A DNA stretch of 64,000 bases from Polyangiales bacterium (GTDB taxonomy: Bacteria; Myxococcota_A; Polyangia; Polyangiales; Houyiibacteriaceae): assembly GCA_045106895.1 (NCBI GenBank), contig JBGCFM010000081.1, forward strand, positions 1 through 64,000, read 5' to 3'. The notes beneath the pieces are model-generated. The model searched no databases and was not told the origin of the DNA. It was given only the letters and a program-made list of their open reading frames with translations. The translations under genes and the position numbers were made by a program. Below, in pieces: positions 35,532 through 46,698 of the stretch (its first letter is position 1; each line of letters begins with the position of its first letter).

Positions 35532-37616
35532 ATGCTCGTTCGTGCATTGGTCGTGGTTTGCAGCACGCTCTTCCTTGTCTCTTGTGAAGGCGAGATCTCC
35601 GAAGCGCCCCGTCGTGAGGTGCCCGAGGGGCCAGAGATTCCCGACTTCCCCGAAGACCCCACACGTCCTGGAGTCACGCAGTGTGAGGCCTTTGACGCCA
35701 CCGGCGCTCATTCCTATGGGGCGAAGGTCAAGAACCTCATTGTCGGACTCCCCCTCACGGGCGAGGAACTCGCGGCTCTCCAGGATGACCCGCGAAGCCT
35801 CGAGATGCTCATCAGCACCTGGCTCGAGACACCGGAAGCGTCTGCGAAGCTCCGCGACTTCTTCGCGATGGCGTTCCAGCAGGAAGGTTTTGAAGAGGCC
35901 GGACTCACCGAGCAGTGGGCCGAGCCGGATATTCGAACCGGTCACTTCGCCGACGAAGAGACCATCATGGACAACTCTCTACGCGAGAACTTTGAAACGA
36001 GCTTTGCGCGAACGGTCGTCCAGTTCGTCAACGAAGGGCGCCCATTTCATCAGGTGGTCACGACGCGCAGCTTTATGATGACAACGGCGATGATGACGGC
36101 GATGGCGTTCGCGGATGAGCGTCATCGTTTGGACAACGGGAACGCGTTCTTCCGAAGCGTCAGCGAGGTGATGACAAACGTCGAGTTCCAGAACCTGCAG
36201 GCATACCCGCAAAGCCAGGTACTCGACCCAGCAAGCCCCAATTTCCTGCGCTTCTACGCCGAGACCTCAGAGATCGTCCCGACCTGCTCTGGCGGAAGCG
36301 TGACCTACGAAGGGACCAACACGCCCCTCATCGCGTTTCGTTCCATGTTTGGATACTTCGCCCGGCTCGCGTTCAGCGGCTGCACGGGCGAAGGACGCCC
36401 AAACTGGCCAGCACCAAGTCTCTTCTCTCGAGAGGACTTTCGCGACTGGCGTCTTGTAGAAGTTCGCGCACCGAGCGATGACGAGGAGACCACTCGTTTC
36501 TACGACCTAGAGTCCATCCGAGGCGGCACAACGCTGGTCACGCACGCCCCGCGCGTTGGCTTCTTCACGACTCCAGCGTTCTTCGCGGTCTGGCAGACCA
36601 ACGAAGACAACGCGCACCGGGTCACGGCAAACCAAACGCTCATTACTGCTTTCGGAAACAGCATCGACGAGAGCCAGTCCATCATCCCTACGAGAGACAG
36701 CGCTCTCGATGCAGAACACGCCGACCCAAGCACCGGCTGCTGGCACTGCCACAAGACCCTCGACCCCATGCGGCAGATATTCCGGCAGGAATACACACTC
36801 TACTCAAACGCCCAGCTCGACGAAGAAGAGCGAGCCATCCCCGCAGCCTTCGCTTGGGACGGTGTGACCGCCGAACCCGACACCATCTATGAGTTTGCCG
36901 AGGTCATCGCGACGCACCCGAACTTCGCGCGCGGCTGGGTTCAGAAGCTGTGTTTCTATGCCAACTCGCGCGAATGCCCTGATGACCCCGACGACGAGAG
37001 CGATGCCTTCGACGAGGTCGTGCGAGCGTTCGTGGAGAGCGATTACGACTTCAAAACCCTTGTCCGTACACTCTTCTCATCCTCGCTCGTGACCAACGCG
37101 GAGTGCATCCAGGGAAGCACTGGGGACAACGCGGGCATTTCGCGAACTCGACATTTTTGTGCTGCCCTCTCCCACCGACTGGGCATGGATGACGTGTGTG
37201 GACAACGAATTCTCCTGGATGACGACCGGATTCCGCTTCGGGAGGCGAACGCGCCGCTTGTGTCGACGCTGCCCAACGACACCTTCAGCCGGGGCGGCCA
37301 AAACCCGCTCACGGTGTCGGACATCAACCTCTTTGTGCGCGCTACTTACGAACGTATCTGCGCCAACGCAGCGGCGGAGTTCGTCGGAGACGACGCTCTC
37401 ATCTCGCCCAGTGACGAGGATGCTTCGCTGACGTTCCTGACGGAGCGCTTGATGGGCTTTCCGGAGGGAGATCCGAGGCACGACACTGCACGCTCCATAC
37501 TTCAAGGGCATTTGGAGGAAGCGAGGCTCGCGCCGGACATCACTGAGGTGCTGGCTCTTCAGAGTACTTTCACGCTCGCGTGCCTCTCCCCAAGCCTGAT
37601 TGGAGTCGGACTATGA
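35532..37616 (+). CDS. Large lipoprotein with single CxxCH motif (DUF1585/DUF1588-like)
   Basis: LVSC lipobox; VGFFTTPAF; GCWHCHKTLDP; FARGWVQKLCFYA...SDYDFKTLVR C-terminal pattern. Confidence 0.7.
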   Translation: MLVRALVVVCSTLFLVSCEGEISEAPRREVPEGPEIPDFPEDPTRPGVTQCEAFDATGAHSYGAKVKNLIVGLPLTGEELAALQDDPRSLEMLISTWLETPEASAKLRDFFAMAFQQEGFEEAGLTEQWAEPDIRTGHFADEETIMDNSLRENFETSFARTVVQFVNEGRPFHQVVTTRSFMMTTAMMTAMAFADERHRLDNGNAFFRSVSEVMTNVEFQNLQAYPQSQVLDPASPNFLRFYAETSEIVPTCSGGSVTYEGTNTPLIAFRSMFGYFARLAFSGCTGEGRPNWPAPSLFSREDFRDWRLVEVRAPSDDEETTRFYDLESIRGGTTLVTHAPRVGFFTTPAFFAVWQTNEDNAHRVTANQTLITAFGNSIDESQSIIPTRDSALDAEHADPSTGCWHCHKTLDPMRQIFRQEYTLYSNAQLDEEERAIPAAFAWDGVTAEPDTIYEFAEVIATHPNFARGWVQKLCFYANSRECPDDPDDESDAFDEVVRAFVESDYDFKTLVRTLFSSSLVTNAECIQGSTGDNAGISRTRHFCAALSHRLGMDDVCGQRILLDDDRIPLREANAPLVSTLPNDTFSRGGQNPLTVSDINLFVRATYERICANAAAEFVGDDALISPSDEDASLTFLTERLMGFPEGDPRHDTARSILQGHLEEARLAPDITEVLALQSTFTLACLSPSLIGVGL

Positions 37617-38932
37617 AGCGCTCACTATCACGTCGCGCTGCGCTGCGTTCTCTCCTCGGGGCCGGCGGTGTCGGTCTTGCCGCCCTTGCCACTGGCGTCC
37701 CACGTAGCGTGCTCCTCGACCCTCTCAGTCACGCTCACGCCCAGGACGCGGACCGTCCTCGTATGTTGATTTTGACCACGTCTGAGCGCGGGGATCCGAT
37801 CAATACCAACGCGCCAGGAACGTACGACAATGCGTCCATCGTCCATCCGCCGGACGCATCGATGGCCCCCGTCGACTTTCAGCTTGGTGAACAAACGGTG
37901 CGGGCCGCGCGACCGTGGTCGGTCTTACCGGAGTCGATTCGGAACCGGATGACGTTCATTCACCACGCGACCTACGCGAACACGCATCCTAGCCAGCCGA
38001 AGGTGATGCGGCTCACCGGCAACCTTCGTAACGGCGAAATGTTGGTGTCGATGTTCTCCAAAACACTCGCTCCAGCGCTGGAGACTACGCAAGTCGAGCC
38101 GATTAGCCTCGGCGCCGCCGGAGGCACCGAGCTGCTTTCTTTCGAAGGGCGAACCCTCTCTGCGGTACAGCCCGTCGCGCTAAAGCAGATCCTGGGAGAC
38201 CCCGAAGGACCGCTCGGTCAGCTCCAGGAAATCCGCGATGAAAAGCTCGATGAGCTTCATGCGCTCTTCCGCGAACATGGGACGGAAAACCATCGCCGAA
38301 TGCTCGACCGCTTCGCCCAAAGTCGAACGGAAGCTCGAACCATCTCTCTCAACCTCCTCGACCGTTTGGACGCCGTACGGCGAAACGATGCTGCTTCACA
38401 AATCATCGCGGCTCCTGTGGTCGCGGCGATGAACGTTTCGCCGGTTCTAACGATTCGAATCCCATTCGGCGGTGACAACCACAACGATCAGGGACTCGCC
38501 CGGGAAACTCGAGAGACGATTTCTGGCCTCGGTCTTCTGACAGAGCTGATGGTCAACATTGAAACAATGAAGAACGAAGGCGCGCTCCGAAACGAAGTCG
38601 TCGTCGCGAATCTTAGTGTATTCGGGCGAACCCTCGTGAACGGCGGACAGAGTGGACGCGACCACAACGGTAACCACCACACCGCGTTCATTATCGGTGA
38701 CACCGTACGACCTTCGGTGATCGGCGGCGTGGTTCCTGAAGGCGACGACTTTGGTGCGGCGGCCTTCGATTCGACCACCGGAGCGATGCACGAAGACGGC
38801 GACGTGAGCTTTGAGACTGGCTTCGGCTCCATGGCCAAGACGATGGGGCGGGCTTTGGGCATCGAACAAGAAGTCCTGGACGAGGAAATCGTGTCTGGCA
38901 AAACCATCCGGGCCGCGCTTATCGAGGGCTAG
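37613..38932 (+). CDS. Tat-exported DUF1501-like protein (alkaline-phosphatase-like metal motifs)
   Basis: SRRAAL twin-arginine signal; GGDNH, SVFGRT, GRDH motifs; ATGA overlap with the upstream gene. Confidence 0.75.
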   Translation: MKRSLSRRAALRSLLGAGGVGLAALATGVPRSVLLDPLSHAHAQDADRPRMLILTTSERGDPINTNAPGTYDNASIVHPPDASMAPVDFQLGEQTVRAARPWSVLPESIRNRMTFIHHATYANTHPSQPKVMRLTGNLRNGEMLVSMFSKTLAPALETTQVEPISLGAAGGTELLSFEGRTLSAVQPVALKQILGDPEGPLGQLQEIRDEKLDELHALFREHGTENHRRMLDRFAQSRTEARTISLNLLDRLDAVRRNDAASQIIAAPVVAAMNVSPVLTIRIPFGGDNHNDQGLARETRETISGLGLLTELMVNIETMKNEGALRNEVVVANLSVFGRTLVNGGQSGRDHNGNHHTAFIIGDTVRPSVIGGVVPEGDDFGAAAFDSTTGAMHEDGDVSFETGFGSMAKTMGRALGIEQEVLDEEIVSGKTIRAALIEG

Positions 38933-40227
38933 GCAGCTGGGCCTGACCCCTCAGGCCCGCTCGCCAGCCTCCAGAGCTTCCAAGACCAAACGACGAGGGC
39001 CACCGTCACAAGCTGCGGAAGCACTCGAGGCAGACCGTTCGCGAGCTGCCAAGTCTGAAGACGCCCGAGCACGAGCTGGATCCAAAAAGCCGACGCCATC
39101 AGAGCAACGAAGGTCCACGCGGAGAACGCTTGCCCGCCAAAGGGACGAGCGGGTTTGCTTAGATGAACCCCGGCGATGGCCGCGGGTAAAAGAAAGAGCG
39201 TGACGTCGTAGAGGAGCAAGTGAGGGCTGCTTATCCAGGCCAAGGCAAGAGCGGCGGCCACGCTCAAGTCCCAGCATCGGCTCCCCGGCTCCCAAGAAAG
39301 GCGAAGGAAACGGCGCATCACCACCACGGCAACGGCGATCAGGAATGCGGCTCCAAGGATGGGCGGCAGGGTTCGCCCGAGGGGCAGAAGTACAAGGTCC
39401 AGCGCGGCGGGAACACTGGTGGAGAGATGAACAGGAAAAGCCCCGCTCAGTCCGCGTACATAGTCGGTGGAGCTGGCGACGGAGCCAAAGAAACCAGGCC
39501 AGGCCTCGGGAAAGGCGAGGTAGCTCGCCCCACAAAGGAGCGATGCACTAAACGCAGCGCCGGCAATAGCGCGGTAACGACGCCCGCCGAAAAGAACCAA
39601 CGCGAACCCAAGGCCAAGTTGTGGCTTGATGATGAGGACGCCGACCAAGAGGCCGGACACAAAGTCGCGCCTCTTTCGGAGAGCAAAAAAGGCCGCGCAG
39701 CTGACGGCCAAGGTCAGTGCCGTGTTCTGACCTAAAGAGAGAGAGACCTGGGCCGGAACAAAAAGGCACGCAAGAACGAGGAGCTTCGGAGTGCTCAGCC
39801 CGGGCTTCAACTCATGAGCGACCAGCCATGCGCACAGACCCAAGAGGAACAGGGAAAAGAGGAGCCACGCGAGGGCCGCGCTCCCGTAGGGAAGCGCCGA
39901 AAAAGGAGTCAGCGCGAGGAGGAAGGTCGGCGGGTTAAGGAAGAAAGACGCGGTGTTAACGCTGCCCGGCGCTTGTCCGACGAGCGAGCCATGGGTCTCC
40001 GCGAGCTTCTCCGGGTTGTAGATGTCGCTGGCGCCGCCGTGACTCGCGAGGTGAGCCGCGCTGTAGAACGTGGAAAAGTCGCTGCTGAGCGGCTCCCCTT
40101 GGAAGTCGTAGTTTCCCTCCCAGGGCCGAACCAAGCGCTCCCCAATTCCGATCAACCCCACGCACGCGATGGCGAGGTAGTACACGCGCCAGCGTCCGAG
40201 GGTGAGGAAGTCGGCGAGGCGCTGCAC
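38929..40227 (-). CDS. Glycosyltransferase family 87 (DUF2029) membrane protein
   Basis: DFSTFYSA, FLNPP, LGQNT, IKPQLG, SPHLLLYD; multi-TM. Confidence 0.85.
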   Translation of the reverse strand: MQRLADFLTLGRWRVYYLAIACVGLIGIGERLVRPWEGNYDFQGEPLSSDFSTFYSAAHLASHGGASDIYNPEKLAETHGSLVGQAPGSVNTASFFLNPPTFLLALTPFSALPYGSAALAWLLFSLFLLGLCAWLVAHELKPGLSTPKLLVLACLFVPAQVSLSLGQNTALTLAVSCAAFFALRKRRDFVSGLLVGVLIIKPQLGLGFALVLFGGRRYRAIAGAAFSASLLCGASYLAFPEAWPGFFGSVASSTDYVRGLSGAFPVHLSTSVPAALDLVLLPLGRTLPPILGAAFLIAVAVVVMRRFLRLSWEPGSRCWDLSVAAALALAWISSPHLLLYDVTLFLLPAAIAGVHLSKPARPFGGQAFSAWTFVALMASAFWIQLVLGRLQTWQLANGLPRVLPQLVTVALVVWSWKLWRLASGPEGSGPAA

Positions 40228-40292
40228 GACGCGACCTTATCCCAGTTTTGTTCTCAGCGAGGGATCACGATGTTGGGTGTGTCTCCGAAGCT

Positions 40293-40952
40293 CTATTCCG
40301 AGGCGAGCGCGAGCTTCTCCCGCATGCCGACACGATAAAACCGGCGCAGCTCCGCCACGAGCTCCCCAATGGCGCCGCGGTCGATGTGCTGGCGCTCAAG
40401 TCGGTGCGTGTAGCGCGACGCGAGGGCAATCGCGTGACGATAACGGTTTCCCTCAAGGGTCTCCGCGCTGTCCGCGAGGACAGGGTCTTGGTAGAGCCGC
40501 TCGCGGATAGCTTGGGAGCGTGCGCGAATCGCACCCACGCCGTTTCCTTCCAGAAGCGCCGTCGCGTACTTGTCGACTTCGGCCTGGAGCTCAAGTTCAA
40601 GTTCGGAGACGCTGCGTGTCTGCTCATGGCGATACACCAGGTAGACGAAATGCGAGACGCCTTCGGCGGCCAAACAATACGCGTCAAATTGTCCTTCGCC
40701 GAGAACATCCACTCCACGCCGAAGGAGCGCGAGCGCTTCTGGTTCCACGTAGAGCCCAAGGCTCACGCCATCTTCTTCTTCTGCCACGAGGAGAACTTCG
40801 CCTCGGCCAGGGTCTCCTCCAACGGCCTCCGCTGCCTCTGCGTCGCACAAGAACGGCGTCACGACAGGGGAAGAGCCCAGGTCGTAGAGCCGAACCAAGC
40901 GCTGCTGGATGCGCGCCAGCACACACGCCTCGGCTTCAGTGGAGGGTTCCAC
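40293..40952 (-). CDS. Conserved-looking hypothetical protein with EGVSH...ELELQAEVDKY motif
   Basis: GTG start (40952 or 40922) overlapping or adjacent to the upstream stop. The ORF-track start at 41147 is rejected because it overlaps the upstream gene. Confidence 0.75.
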   Translation of the reverse strand: MEPSTEAEACVLARIQQRLVRLYDLGSSPVVTPFLCDAEAAEAVGGDPGRGEVLLVAEEEDGVSLGLYVEPEALALLRRGVDVLGEGQFDAYCLAAEGVSHFVYLVYRHEQTRSVSELELELQAEVDKYATALLEGNGVGAIRARSQAIRERLYQDPVLADSAETLEGNRYRHAIALASRYTHRLERQHIDRGAIGELVAELRRFYRVGMREKLALASE

Positions 40953-41541
40953 TGTCGCTCCCGAATAGTGCGCCCTCCCCCGGAAACACGCCTTCTTCCT
41001 GAAGGCGCTCGGCGAGGCGTGGGCTCTTGGTGCGGCGCCAACGGTCGTAGAGTCGCACGATGTCCTGGGGTGTTCGCAGCATCGTGGTCTCGCGAACCTC
41101 ATCGAGAACCTGGGCAAAGCCACTGAAGCGCCCCGCCAGCTCGCCAAAGACGTTTCGGTGGGGCCCTGGAAGGACCGCTGCGCTCTGATAGGCGCGTCCG
41201 CCCATGGTGGCGTAGTAGTCCACGCTCATGCCGCGTCCCTGGATATGCTCCTGGAAGAAGTCGCATGTATAGAGGGCCGCATCCCCGGTTTCTTGGAGCT
41301 TTTGGCGGCGTTCTCGCGGCTCTGTTTCATCGAGGGCGCTCGCGAGCTGAGTGACAATGGGTTGGTCCGGGGTCGCGATCACGGAGTAGGTGCCGCGGCT
41401 GAGCAGCTCCCTCAGGTAGAGTGAGGTCTGCTCCGACGCCTTGATGTCCAAGCGCGTGAGCGCTGCGTCGATACGTTCCTGAAAAAACCCGCGTGTATCT
41501 TCGACTACTTCCATCACCTGCTCCCTGTTGAGGTTCCTCAC
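40936..41541 (-). CDS. Conserved-looking helical hypothetical protein (GD.ALY...F...DYY..MG.RAY motif)
   Basis: 201-aa ORF; alternative ATG at 41514 with AGGGAG RBS; coupled to the downstream ORF. Confidence 0.8.
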   Translation of the reverse strand: MRNLNREQVMEVVEDTRGFFQERIDAALTRLDIKASEQTSLYLRELLSRGTYSVIATPDQPIVTQLASALDETEPRERRQKLQETGDAALYTCDFFQEHIQGRGMSVDYYATMGGRAYQSAAVLPGPHRNVFGELAGRFSGFAQVLDEVRETTMLRTPQDIVRLYDRWRRTKSPRLAERLQEEGVFPGEGALFGSDSGTLH

Positions 41542-41752
41542 TCTTCTTACGGACGAGGTGAAGCCAGCATAAATGCATGTGCGTCATCTCACCAAGAAAG
41601 GGTTCAGCCGTTTTCGGCACATTTGATCGTCGAGCAGGGGCTTTCAACCATGGACCCGTGGAAACCTCGCTTGGCCAAGGAGCCCACCAAGCGCTTGGAA
41701 TTACTAAACAATTGCCGCGCGCGCAAAACCTATCTCTCGCTCCGATGGGCCG

Positions 41753-41779
41753 CAAGCACTCACCGGCCCAGAGTGCCAA
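41753..41779 (-). promoter_or_regulatory. CIRCE-like inverted repeat (HrcA operator)
   Basis: Minus strand TTGGCACTC-N9-GAGTGCTTG versus consensus TTAGCACTC-N9-GAGTGCTAA; overlaps the -35 of TTGCGG-17nt-TAGGTT. Confidence 0.7.
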
Positions 41780-41832
41780 CAAAGCGAATCGCCGCGGTTC
41801 CGGTTGCGCCGTGACGCCAGAATCAAAGCTGG

Positions 41833-43803
41833 ATGTTAGGGTCGCGAGTGCCTAGCGATGCCGAAAGCGCAGGGAGACGAGGGTCGGAGCTGTCCCGCAC
41901 TACCTTCGTCTGCCGCTTCGCCCTTGGCGCAGCGGTCTTGGGCGCCCTCGACGCGCTGGTCTTGAGCGGCTCCCCCTCCTCGACCCCGGCGGCCTTCCTT
42001 CTTCTGGCACTCGCGGGCTGTGTCGTCGGTTTGGGTCTTCAGGCGCTCGTCGGAGCGTCTCGCCGGACCATCGTCCTGGTAGGCGTCTTCCTCGGCGGCC
42101 TCCTGGCATATCAGGTCGGTGCCCACGCAAAGCTTGGCACTCAGCCTCTGGCGGCCATTGGGTCGATGCTCTCGTTTCCGATCCTCGCCACGGCGGCCCT
42201 CGCCGGACCGATCGGAGCGCTGCGGCGCGGATGGCGGAGCGACCCACCCATCGCGTTGGTCATCGCCCTCGCCTGCACGTGGGCGCACCGGCACACCTTC
42301 ATGCCCTTCCTCTACCCGCCATTCGGCGCCGCGCTCTCCTTGGCCGCAGTCGCCTTCGCCGGTAGCGCAGGTGTGATCTTCGTGAAGGCTCATGCTCGGG
42401 GCCCGCGTTGGCCTGCGCTGACGGCATTGGCCGCGCTCATCACCACAGCGCTGCTCCCGAGCGCAGCGTTTCGTTCCTTGGGCTTCCGCGGCATCGCGAC
42501 GCCCGTACTCGGCGGCGCTCGGGTGATGAGCGACGTGGACTTTGATGGCTCCTCCAGCCTCTTCGGCGGCGGCGACTGCGCGGGGTTCGACTCCGCGCGT
42601 GGACCTTTCGCCACGGAGATCCCAGGCGATGGCGTCGACCAAAACTGCATCGGCGGCGACGCGCAGCCTCCTCCTGGACCGCAGACAGACCACGCGCTTG
42701 GCGAACCCACCGGCATGTCTGTCCTGCTCCTGACAGTGGACACGGTGGCGTTCTCACGAACCAGCCTGGGCCAAACCACCCACGATACGACTCCCCGCCT
42801 CGCGGAGTTTGCCCGCCGCTCGACACACTTTACCCACGCCTACGCCGGCGGCGCCTGGACCTCCATCGCGCTCGCCACGATTCTTTGGGGTCGCCCTGCA
42901 CGAGACCTTCAATGGCGTCGGGTCTTTGAAACAAACACCCTGCGCCTGCTTGAACAAAACACAGCGCCGCCCGGCGAGATGATCCGCTTGGCGTTCTTCA
43001 TTGTGGACGAGCGGAGCCCGTCCCTCGCCGCTCGAGTCCGTGCCGGCGGCGTGCAGACCATGGCCGTCGTTGATGGCGGCCACACTGGGTTCCTGAAGAC
43101 CGGTGCCGGTCTGACCGAAGGGTTCACAGACTATGACGCGCTGGAGAATGTCGGGGACGAAGCGACGGCGCAGCGCCTCATCGAACGCCTCGACGAAGCC
43201 GCTGGGCAGCCCGCATTCGTGTGGGGCCACTTCTTCGGACCCCACGCGCCGGACACTCGCCACCCTGGAATCGCTGAGTTCGGCAGCGGCCTGCGCGCAC
43301 GATATGACCACGAGCTCGCGGCGGCGGACGCTGCACTCGGCCAGGTATTCGACCATGTCGCAGGTCGCGACGACCTCGTCGTGATCGTGACGGCGGACCA
43401 TGGTGAGGACTTTGGCCGTTTCGTCCGGGCCCACGGGCACGGGCTCACGGAGGATCTCCTGCGTGTTCCTCTCGTCGTGAATGGCCCAGGGTTTGAAGCG
43501 CACGAGGTCGATCATGTGGCTTGCCACACGGACATCTCGGAGACGGTCCTAGGCGTCCTCTTTGGCGGAACTGCCGGACTCGAGGCGCTGCGTGAGGACC
43601 ACCTCTGCGTCGCGGACACCTGGCGTCTCAACGCGAACGGGAACGCGGTCTTCGACTTTGCCGGCGTGATCGGGCCCGACGGGATGTATGTTCGGGAGCT
43701 CCAAAGCGGCGAGCACCCCGCGCAAGAAGGCGACTACGAGGCGGCACTCAACGCGTATCTGGCGTCGCCGTCAGTCATCGGCGGACGTCTTCGCACCCCC
43801 TAA
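41833..43803 (+). CDS. Membrane-anchored sulfatase/LtaS-like hydrolase or transferase
   Basis: N-terminal TM helices; EIPGDGVDQNC motif; LLLTVDT, WTS (Thr in place of CxPxR), HFFGPH, TADHGE, HGH. Start uncertain. Confidence 0.8.
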   Translation: MLGSRVPSDAESAGRRGSELSRTTFVCRFALGAAVLGALDALVLSGSPSSTPAAFLLLALAGCVVGLGLQALVGASRRTIVLVGVFLGGLLAYQVGAHAKLGTQPLAAIGSMLSFPILATAALAGPIGALRRGWRSDPPIALVIALACTWAHRHTFMPFLYPPFGAALSLAAVAFAGSAGVIFVKAHARGPRWPALTALAALITTALLPSAAFRSLGFRGIATPVLGGARVMSDVDFDGSSSLFGGGDCAGFDSARGPFATEIPGDGVDQNCIGGDAQPPPGPQTDHALGEPTGMSVLLLTVDTVAFSRTSLGQTTHDTTPRLAEFARRSTHFTHAYAGGAWTSIALATILWGRPARDLQWRRVFETNTLRLLEQNTAPPGEMIRLAFFIVDERSPSLAARVRAGGVQTMAVVDGGHTGFLKTGAGLTEGFTDYDALENVGDEATAQRLIERLDEAAGQPAFVWGHFFGPHAPDTRHPGIAEFGSGLRARYDHELAAADAALGQVFDHVAGRDDLVVIVTADHGEDFGRFVRAHGHGLTEDLLRVPLVVNGPGFEAHEVDHVACHTDISETVLGVLFGGTAGLEALREDHLCVADTWRLNANGNAVFDFAGVIGPDGMYVRELQSGEHPAQEGDYEAALNAYLASPSVIGGRLRTP

Positions 43804-43860
43804 GAAGGGTGCGCTCCCGCTCCTTTGTGTGTTCGCTCTCACTAGCGACCACTCCTGGTA

Positions 43861-43888
43861 TTGACTCTCGCGCAACGGGTCTTAGCTT
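43861..43888 (+). promoter_or_regulatory. Candidate sigma70 promoter of groESL
   Basis: TTGACT-16nt-TAGCTT directly upstream of CIRCE. Confidence 0.55.
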
Positions 43889-43899
43889 TCCGCTCGCAA

Positions 43900-43926
43900 T
43901 CAGCACTCGGTCGGGGCGAGTGCTAA
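43900..43926 (+). promoter_or_regulatory. CIRCE element (HrcA operator) of groESL
   Basis: TCAGCACTC-GGTCGGGGC-GAGTGCTAA, one mismatch to consensus. Confidence 0.93.
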
Positions 43927-44007
43927 CGAAACGATTTTTGGGCTGTCGCCGCTCCATTCGAACCTGTCGACGGCCCTGTTTAGACACACTTTTTGGAGAT
44001 CATCACT

Positions 44008-44298
44008 ATGGGTATTCGTCCACTTGGAGACCGCGTTCTCGTCACGCGAGTTGAAGAAGCAACCACCACCAAGGGCGGGATCATCATCCCCGACAGCGCC
44101 AAAGAGAAGCCAATCGAAGGCAAAGTCGTCGCCGTCGGCAACGGCCGTCGCAACGACAAGGGCGAGGTCCAGAAGCTCGAAGTCAAGAAGGGCGACCGCG
44201 TCCTCTTCGGCAAGTACGCCGGCACCGAGGTCAAGATCGATGGTGATGAGCACGTTGTGCTCCGCGAGGACGACATCCTCGGCGTTGTCACCAAGTAA
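44008..44298 (+). CDS. groES: Co-chaperonin GroES
   Basis: [35 protein letters not shown]. Confidence 0.98.
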   Translation: MGIRPLGDRVLVTRVEEATTTKGGIIIPDSAKEKPIEGKVVAVGNGRRNDKGEVQKLEVKKGDRVLFGKYAGTEVKIDGDEHVVLREDDILGVVTK

Positions 44299-44346
44299 AC
44301 TCCTCCCCTCAATCACTTAGAACCACAAAGAAAACGAGATTTTATA

Positions 44347-45975
<1,629 letters not shown>

Positions 45976-46005
45976 GACCCCTTAGAAGAAGCCATTCGCT
46001 TCAGG

Positions 46006-46040
46006 AACGCCGCTCCCGAAAGGGGGCGGCGTTTTTCGTT
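46006..46040 (+). terminator. Intrinsic terminator after groEL
   Basis: AACGCCGCTCCC-GAAA-GGGGGCGGCGTTTTT. Confidence 0.85.
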
Positions 46041-46119
46041 AAAGGGCGAACATCGTGAGCGCACACACAACCCATATAGGTTAGCCGTGCTACATGTCGG
46101 TCATTGTGAGAGACCGATC

Positions 46120-46569
46120 ATGAGTAGCGCAAAGAACGAAACAATCACCGTGTTCAGCCATGAGGATGGGTGTGTGGTTGAAGTGGGAATCGAGGACGCT
46201 CCAAAGCGCGGGGACGAAGCGTCGGGAGTGGTCCCGCAAAGCAAGCTTGAGATTGTCGCCTTCGACGATGACCCGGATGAGAGTGCTCTGGAGAGCATAA
46301 GTGCTGTTTTGGCGCTGTATCCAGAGGTCGAATCCGCAGCTTTTGCGATGGCGCAGCGCGGAACATCGCCTCCCGAGCCTCTCGTGAGCATTTGTGTGCA
46401 TCGCGAGTACCGAGGACGAACCGTCGAGATCCTTGATCTCGTTCGACAAGCCTCCGCCGCGGCTGGCCTTGAGGCGGGAGTCCTGCTTCTTCAGGACTCG
46501 CAGGTGCCAGCGATCCGCAAGAACGCGCTTGTGTTCTTCCCGTGGCGCCGAAAGAAATCGAGCCGCTAG
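46120..46569 (+). CDS. Hypothetical protein, possibly SseB C-terminal-like domain
   Basis: LESISAVLALYPEVESAAFA...PLV pattern and terminal aromatic/basic tail resemble SseB_C. Confidence 0.5.
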   Translation: MSSAKNETITVFSHEDGCVVEVGIEDAPKRGDEASGVVPQSKLEIVAFDDDPDESALESISAVLALYPEVESAAFAMAQRGTSPPEPLVSICVHREYRGRTVEILDLVRQASAAAGLEAGVLLLQDSQVPAIRKNALVFFPWRRKKSSR

Positions 46570-46698
46570 ACCTAGCCTTCCGTTCAGTGGCCCGGCGCCT
46601 GGTTGAGACCAACTTGACTGAGAAGGTCGTTGGATCCTGGCCGTCGCGCGAATCGGCATGCGTTGGGAACATTTCCGGAGCGCTGGTGTCCGCCCGAC

